This document shows, piece by piece, positions 55,979 through 64,000 of a stretch of DNA of 64,000 nt (its first letter is position 1; each line of letters begins with the position of its first letter). Source of the stretch: Phoronis australis (lineage: Eukaryota > Animalia > Phoronida); contig NMRA01000670.1 of NCBI GenBank assembly GCA_002633005.1, positions 39,843 through 103,842 of the forward strand. Direction: 5' to 3'. The notes under the pieces were generated by a model, which was not told where the DNA came from, searched no databases, and was given only the letters and a program-made list of their open reading frames with translations. The translations under genes were made by a program, and so were the position numbers.

Positions 55979-57402
55979 AGTCCTTCTTAGAAACAATCCA
56001 AGAAGTAGGGATGGCTGAAGAGAATGACATTAGTCAGGCAATTAAAGAAGATAATGGGAAGATTGACATAAAACCAGAGAGAGGTCCCCAGCAGTCTGAT
56101 GAAGCCAATGAATATGTTGTCATAGAAACAATTACAGCAGCTGAAAGTGAGGTTCAGCAAGATAGCAGCGGACTAGACAGCGATTTAGACACTAAAGTAT
56201 GCAGAGGAAACAGTACCGATGGAATGGCAAGCGAAAGTGATTTGGAGTTGTCATGGACAAATGAGAATCCCGTAAGGAACAAGTATTTGAACCCATTGCC
56301 AGGGGAGTGGTCCAAGAAAGAACTGGTGGCATTCAACAACCAGTGGATGCAAGAACAACAATTTTATACAAAACTTGATGGTTATGAGTCAGATCTCGAG
56401 ACAAGCACAGACGATGGATACCCAGGGAAAGCTGGTGGGACCTATATAAACTTCTCAGATGACATCAACTCATTAGTTTCAACAGAAGATGATAAAGCGT
56501 CAGATGACAATGAATCGTGTGTTATAGATATGAAGCACACATTGAAACAGTGGTGCCATTCACCGTTGAAACGGACCAATCAACGTGAACACACAACACA
56601 CTCAGTGGACTGGCACCTTCAGAGCATGGATGTCACTGAAAATGGGAACACTCCATGTTGGCTACTAAACCACGGTTTAGAAGAACGTCCAGAAAATTGC
56701 CCAGAAATGAAAAGCATTAGGGATTCCTTTGCTCACATTGAAAAGCAAAGCGAATACCTGCACCTTAGAATATATAAGCAACAAGACCATCTTCAAACCA
56801 TATCAGCTCAAATCAGTAAGCTAGACCAATGTGATACAAAAGGGCAGTTGTTTCGAAATCGTTCTGTCCCTTCTACACCTCTGCACACAAGACAGTGTCT
56901 ACACGAGGTCACCCATTCTACACAGGAAAAGGAACATATTAACGAGACAATCAAACTTAATACCTTGCCTCGCACAAAACGGTCTTTCCGCAGAAAATGT
57001 TGTGTAATTATTCCGTTTCGTGGTAATGAAAAAAAATCAAAGTATGCCTGTGAAAGTAGTAACGGTTTTGTACCAATGTCAACATCTACCTTAGGTGAAA
57101 GAGAATGCCTACTAATGGCAAAAGATCTGGCAATGGTGCATCAGCACACTGCCAGACAGAAGCTATCAGCCGCAGCTCACAAAGACAATAGCCAAATTTA
57201 CAACTTAGGCATCACTACTCAAACATGTGATCACGGACAGTTGCCACGAGCAAAAAGTGAAGTACTTTTGGAAGAGATGGTGTTAAAGCATAAAAATGAT
57301 ACACTGAAGCAAAGACGTTCCCTGAATATGTACCCTCGCATGGGTATAAGAGCGGTGAAAAGTCAAAATGAGGGGAAACTCACAGAAAATAAACATACAT
57401 GA
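55979..57402 (+). CDS. Gene C terminal exon: acidic, disordered cytoplasmic tail with Tyr motifs and a short predicted coiled coil
   Basis: Within the 477-aa ORF; acceptor CTTGGTTTCAG|AG phase 1; spliced CDS from ATG 39453 totals 1938 nt (645 aa) in frame. Confidence 0.88.
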
Positions 57403-60400
57403 CTGTTAGTTCACTGCCTTTTGGAACCAGTGACTTCACTGATGGATAGTTTTTGAAGTTGAAAAACGCTTATTTGAGGATTAAGCTGCCTTTTGCACTG
57501 TTTAACTTTGAATTCACGATTTTAGGGTTGACAAACCTCAATATACTGTGAAGCATTGTCTTGAGTCGCCGATTGGCTTCCACGTCATTTCTAGCGGCTT
57601 AAGTGTTACACTACAATTAAGTTGACACGGATAAGCTGACACGGAATGAGTTGTTCCAGCGCAAGTATTGGTGTAAACAGGACTGACAGAGAACAAATTG
57701 ACTTTTGCCACCCATTTGTGAGGTAGAGCAATTTGCGCTACAACATCTTGTTCTGTGTCGATTGTATGTCTAAATGCGAAACTGGGGCAAGGCGAAAGGA
57801 TCATCTCTACTGCGCTTGTGTAATGACCTAAATATGAGTTCTCTGTCTCTTCAACTCCCGTCAATTGTAAACCTGTGCACATGTGATCCACTCTCCAGCC
57901 TACAATTTCTGTCTTGCCATAGTCAGAGAGTTGTGTGTGGAAACAGACGCTTGACACCAATCAATATGCTCTGTGTCAGTGGCGCCGGGCCAAAAGTTGA
58001 TTTCTAAATGGGACTTAAGTGAAATTGAATCCCATCACAATTATGAGAGCGGTTCAGAGCAAGTGGCCTAGTTCAATATTCCTTTTTAGCCAGCTTAACA
58101 ATGACAATAAAATGCAGCTGCTTCCCTTTGCAATATTTTTTGCATACAAGGAAATTAAGTTATTTTAAGCTGGTATTACACAGTGAACTACATAGTATTT
58201 TGTGATGTTGCAACAAGCAATTAACATAGTACATGCGATCAGATATGCAGCAAGCTTCCAGATAAACAAAACTAGGAAATTGTCGGTCAATGTTGTTCCT
58301 TAAAGGCAAAATATTAGCCTAGTCTGTTACTTTGTCATAGAATTTTTTGTTTGTATTTTTGTTTATTTGTGTGCACGCTACAAAGTCACATTTATTATCC
58401 GATAGACATGAAATTTACACACAGCACAGAGTAGAAGTCATTTTTAGTTATTGCCACACCTTCACCCTGGAGGGATTTTCTTACATATGGTATCAGAGTA
58501 AATAGATTTCTGTTATTCCCTACGACTAACCGTTCTCCAGTTACTATAACAGAATTTTGTGCTGTAGGACTCCAGAGTCCCTAAAATTTTGTAAGTGAGT
58601 TGATCTTGTCAAGCACTATACCCATGCCTTGTACAATTACGGAGCCATTTCAGATTTACTGGTCAGATGACTTTTCTTTTATTGACAGATTTGGTCTCCT
58701 GATCAGCATGAAGTTTGCACATAGTGAATATGGTGAAAGGCTCGAAGAGTAATATCTTGGGGAAAATCAAAATAAAGATGGCGCCAACGGCCATTTTTCA
58801 AAATCATTTGAGGACCTCTAACTACACAGTTCTTTCAGGCTAATGTCAAGATTCTGAATCCTAATTTCGGGAAACCTTATAAAATTTGACATTTAGATAT
58901 ATCTCGTTTTTGGTCTCTCACTACAGCTTAACTTTCTTGAGTTAGACGTGATTTTTTGATTTGATGACTGCTCTTGGCATTGGCAGATTAATTAATGCTC
59001 TTTTGTTGATTTATAATCTACAGTAGTTTGGGGTCACTGCGGTCATAGTCATTCGGTATATTAGGTTTCATTGTCCACCTCACCATTTAATTTTGAGAAA
59101 CGTGGCTCTTCTGAGCACTTCCATTTGCCCAACATTAACTGCAACTGTTACTCATCCCATTTCAGAACCACTTGAATGACCTCTTTCTGAATGACACAAA
59201 TTAAAAAGAACATGTGCCATTAAAACTAGACAAGGCCTCCATAAAAGTCATATACCATATCCGTTCAGGTTAATGCCCACATTCGATCAGTTAAACGTCT
59301 ATTAATTTTAAGAAATTTCAATGCCATGATTGTTTAATGAATGAGAGATCCTGAACAATGCTCTTAAAATAATAAATAAATTGTTAGGCTTCAATGATCC
59401 AGTCTTCACTCAGGCCTCCTTCTCACAAAATAGTAAAGTAGGACAGACAGCTCACAAAAAGTATTTAAAAGGTAGGAAAAATGTAAGAAAACTAGCAACA
59501 ATACATGTCATTAGCTGTTTTTGACATAAAGATGTTTACAAAATTGAAAACACTTGTATCCAGTAGTACTAGCTGTTTTGGAAAATACATCTATATTCCT
59601 GGTTTCTTAACCTTTGTACCTCAAGGTCTCAGTGAACGCTGATTTACAGAACAACAAAAACGCCTTTAAAATGACAGTAAAAACAGATATTTTTGTCACC
59701 TTGATGCACCTATGATAAAAAACACGGCAAACTTCACAAACTGCTTGTAGTTAACTTAAACCCACAACTTATTCCTAACTTCAGAGACTGAACGATGAAT
59801 ATCATCATCTTTGCCACCATCACCTGTCATTGCCTTTCTTAGAACACAGTTCCTCAGGTGTCAAAGGGCAGCCTAAGTGTTATCAGAAGGTCTAAAAAAA
59901 TAGAACTGATGAAGCACGACCAATATTTAAGTTTTACTTTCAGCATTATAGATGCTTCTTTTCTAAATTCAAGAGATTTACTTCGTGACAACACTGAACA
60001 AAAAAGTTGGCAAAAGGTAGGAATTCCAATAAAATGCAGTAAAAAGCAGGAAAGGTAGAAAAACCAGTAAAAAGTAGGAAAGTAAGTATCATTGTGAGGC
60101 CTGCATCATCCATAAGTGCATTGGTATCCATCCTGCTACGTGTCATTATGTAATGTGGGATGATGCTATATCAGCACTGACAGCAACCAAAGATATGTGA
60201 AAAAGTAGAGCAATAGTCTGCTGTTTGCAGCATTTAGTTCACTGTCCATCCAGTGTAACAGACATAAAAGGCATTACAAGACAACAGTGGAAAGACAATT
60301 ACATAAAAAAACACTTAATACTCTAAAATCATAGCTTCCTTGACTTGTTTTTTAGTAAGAGAGACAATGATTCAAGGAAAGATTTAATTCCGAACTGTTC

Positions 60401-60946
60401 CCTAAATTTGAAAGGTGTAAATAATGGGTTTTGTTAAAAGTTATAACAGAAAGCCACAATGGCAATAACAGTGGCTGCACACAAGAGGTAGGACAGTCAT
60501 GCTTCAAAGTATGTTATAAGTATGTGACAAAGTCGGAAGGCCATACAGTGGGTCAATAAATGTGTTTTACCGATAGATGGCGATACTTTTGTTGATAAAA
60601 TAACCAGTATCACCAGTGTCAAATGCAAAGAGAAAATATGCCGTTTTTCATATCTGCAGTTCTTGACTAGCTACGTTCTTGTGTTCAGGATAATGTGTTC
60701 AATGGCTTGTAATGAAATCGAGGTTTTTAAAAGAATGCACGTGCAGCATGGCAAAGGTTTTGCAGCTTTTGGGACAATAAAAGTACGAGTATAGAACTTT
60801 GTTAATGCCAGAAAGTGCCTGGTATGACAGGCCAATCTGTTACCTCAAGATATTCCATCAGACTCAATAAAAATGTTACCTATTAATGACATTTCATTGA
60901 AGTTAGGTCTCAGTTTAGTGAGAGTTATTTCCTAACTTCATTTGTA

Positions 60947-61051
60947 CCCATACGAAAAGGAAAAGTTGAATTTCAATTGAATCTCAATTGAACCTCAATT
61001 GAGTTTCAATTCCTGTCCCAACTGAAAGTCCAGTGTACTTTTTCGTATGGG
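60947..61051. mobile_element. 105-bp MITE with CCC..GGG termini (EnSpm-like) and CAATTGA sub-repeats
   Basis: TIR CCCATACGAAAA / TTTTCGTATGGG; internal TCAATTGA x3. Confidence 0.7.
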
Positions 61052-61312
61052 TTAGTTTTCTCTTCTTGTCTTGCATATTGTTCCATTGTAAGACAGCAGG
61101 TGCAGATCCAAGAATCTGAGTAGGGGGAGGAAGGATCCCTTATCTGTATGTTATGTGTGTGTGTGGACAGTCAACACCTAGAGAATGGTTTCAGGTGGTA
61201 AGATTTTAAGGAAACTGCATTATCATCTAGTACATTCTTGATCAATGATGACACTTCTACAATAATTTTAAATATAAATTTTGTAAGTATTAAACCGGTG
61301 TGGAAATATAGA

Positions 61313-61438
61313 TCACAAATATTTTTAAGTCTGGTCTGCACACCCCATGTTGGCCATATGACGTAACCTAAGATGTTTATTAGGTTACGTGATGTGGCCA
61401 ACAGGTGGCGTGCAGACCAGATTTAAAAATGTCTGTGA
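61313..61438. repeat. Imperfect inverted repeat (~60-bp arms), probable foldback MITE core
   Basis: TCTGGTCTGCAC..TGTTGGCCA..ACGTAACCTAA / TTAGGTTACGT..TGGCCAACA..GTGCAGACCAGA. Confidence 0.8.
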
Positions 61439-61646
61439 AATCACATTTTAAATTCTTCTACGCACAATCACTCTATTTCATATTTCAGTGCAATCTTTGT
61501 AGTGGTATACACAAATCAAGTGGCCCCATTATGTTGCTCAGACACTGCATGATGTTACACAGTAGAAGTTAGAACTTATCAACAAAGGAACAGCAGTCGC
61601 AGCACATGTTACTTTAGTTACATATGATTTCTCTTTTCTCATCTCC

Positions 61647-64000
61647 TGAACACATCCACTAACACAAGAAACTGTAGGAACATGGCATTTATCCACCTTC
61701 ACTCTTATCAGGCTTCTATTGTGAGTCAGCATGCGTGAATAATTGGCTGATAAGCCACCTCTGGAACTACTTTGGGCTGAATGGATGACCAGGCCATAAA
61801 AGGATAATTAGCCAAGACCAGTTAACTAATGCAACTAAGAATAATGTTGTAGCATCACCTAGCCTTGGTGGAAAGCTGTATTATCATGCTATGAACATTC
61901 CCACTAAATAAAATTGGTTCTAACCCCGGTGTTTAAGGTAAACGGCGGGGTATGGAAAATTGAACTAGACCGTATTTATCCACCTTGGCTGAGACGCGCT
62001 CGGCTCATGGTCAAAGGGATGCCGCCAAGCTGCTCTATTCATCGAGTCACGAGCGAGGATAATTGACTTCGCTCATGCGGATATGATCAGCTGATTACAG
62101 TCTAGCCTAACAACTGTACTTTTTATGGAGAGAATTTTACGTAGTTTTTACTGTAATATTTGAAAAGAGGAGCGAAAACAAATACGAATACAACTTTGAA
62201 TTTTTCAAATCGGCCCAGGATAAGAGATTTTGCAACACAGAAACACTCACGATTACTTTCATTCGGCGCGCACGAATACAAAAATATAGGACCCAAGTTA
62301 GGATTGTATAAATGTAGAACTACTCCGTGTGTTATTTAGGTTTTGGAAAAAATGCATTTTAATACTCAAAATACGTTTTGTATAGCTATTACAAGCTCTA
62401 AAACGACTTTGTGTAATTTCATTGAGATCGTTCTTTGTCATCCGTCAAACCGGAAACTTCCGAGATGTGACTCTGCGAGCGCACTCACCTTGCACGTTAC
62501 AGCCGTTTAAGTGAAAAACAATCTAGTAAACGCCATTTTCTTGCATAATCCTCCGCCTTTTGTAACAAAAAAGTCTATCGTCGATGACCCGCACACGCAC
62601 GCTCACTCACTCTCATACGCAGACGACCTTCAAAACAAACGTCACGTGACAACAACATGTGTGTTCATCCAGAGATTTTTCTCGTGTTGTGGAGTACGAT
62701 GTAGCGCACATTTGGACTTAATCGCAATTAATCTGGACTCCACAGGAACTTTAAAAATTGTAAAACATCAGGAAGATTTCAGGTAATTTGTTGAGTCGAA
62801 ACTATATTTTTATTCAAGAGTACAAGTTTTCCTATTGACGATCGCGATTCAGCGACGCATCAGTCGGCAAGTTTTCGCCCTGTGATGAGCACAATTTTTT
62901 GAAAAATTATCGTAATTTAACAACGGAAGTTGATAGCAATGCACCACAATTTTGTAGAAAGGCTGTCATAGGCTACAAATACGTCACAGAGCGTAAATTT
63001 GATGAATCCTAGCTTTCGATTTTACCCGTTTGGGAAACCGGGTTTCAATTGCCGTAGGCTCACTACAATAAGCGTCCCCTCCCCGTGAAATGAATTTTTC
63101 TAAGCGTTTGTTTGAGCCAATACAGTATACAGCTTTCCACCAAGGCTAGGTGATGCAAGACATTATAACTTGTTCTTTGTTGCATTATAGTAACTGGTCT
63201 TGGCTAATTATCATTTTATGGCCTGGTCATCCATTCAGCCCAAAGTAGTTTCAGAGGTGGCTTATCAGCCAATTATTCACGCATGCTGACTCACAATAGA
63301 AGCCTGATAAGAGTGAAGGGGGATAAATGCGGTGTTCCTACAGTTTCTTGTTTTAGTGGATGTGTTCACGACATGTTGGCTCTAATAAACGCTTAGAAAA
63401 ATTCATTTCACGGGGAGAGGACGCTCATTGTAGCCTACGGCAGTTGAAACCTGGTTAATTCCCAAACGGGTAAAATCGGAAGCTAAAATTCATCAAATTT
63501 ACGCTCTGTTACGTATTTGTAGCCTATGACAGTTTTTCTACAAAATTCTGGTGCACTGCTATCAACTTCCGTTGTTAAATTACAATAATTTTTCAAAAAA
63601 TTGTGCACAGGGCGAAAACTTGTCGACTGATGCGTCGCTGAATCGCGATCGTCAATAGGAAAACTTGAACTCTTGAATAAAAATATAGTTTCGACTCAAC
63701 AAATTACCTGAAATATTCCTTATGTTTTACAATTTTTAAAGTTCATGTGGAGTCCAGATTAATTGCGATTAAGTCCAAATCTGCGCTACATCATACCCCA
63801 CAACACAAGAAAAATCTCTGGATGAACACACATGTTGTTGTCACGTGACGTTTGTTTTGAAGTTCGTCTGCGTATGAGAGTGAGTAAGCGTGCGTGTGCG
63901 GGTCATCAACGACAGACTTTTTTGTTACAAAAGGCGGAGGATTATGCAAGAAAATGGTGTTTACTAGATTGTTTTTTCATTTAAACGGCTGCAACGTGCA
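61647..64000. mobile_element. Nested TE cluster with interlocked inverted repeats A(61647-61880) B(62491-63120) A'(63128-63368) B'(63376-64000+)
   Basis: A' is the reverse complement of A and B' of B at high identity; B is homologous to the distal part of the HIRAN TIR element. Confidence 0.85.

Noticed and set aside
57538-58007. 140-aa and 77-aa ORFs after gene C
   Set aside because: No domain features; location fits the gene C 3' UTR
59750-60146. Possible minus-strand exons including a hydrophobic stretch
   Set aside because: No consistent splice chain could be built; hydrophobicity is explained by T-rich composition

Overview
AT-rich, intron-containing eukaryotic DNA, most likely a marine invertebrate (inferred from composition and repeat families; the taxon cannot be determined from sequence alone). 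Matching splice sites by hand gives three tandem + strand genes that the ORF track shows only in pieces. All encode single-pass membrane proteins with the same layout: Thr/Ser-rich ectodomain exon, phase-1 intron, 76-82 nt TM exon, phase-2 intron, cytoplasmic exon(s). Gene A (4086-9339, ~1138 aa) has a signal-like N-terminus, two ShK-like Cys motifs, a mucin stalk and a ~750-aa Tyr-rich tail ending in a 20-aa GYDD tandem repeat. Gene B (23841-33348, ~107 aa) is a hidden type III mini-protein. Gene C (39453-57402, ~645 aa) has a long Tyr-motif tail. I recognise none of them as a named gene. The rest is transposon-rich: a decayed L1/Tx1-like LINE, three ~1.45 kb TA-flanked TIR elements carrying a decayed HIRAN domain, PIF/Harbinger-type MITEs, Helitron/Helentron-like non-autonomous elements, foldback MITEs and interlocked inverted repeats at the right end. 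Two single-N junctions separate near-identical duplications that look like haplotype assembly artefacts.
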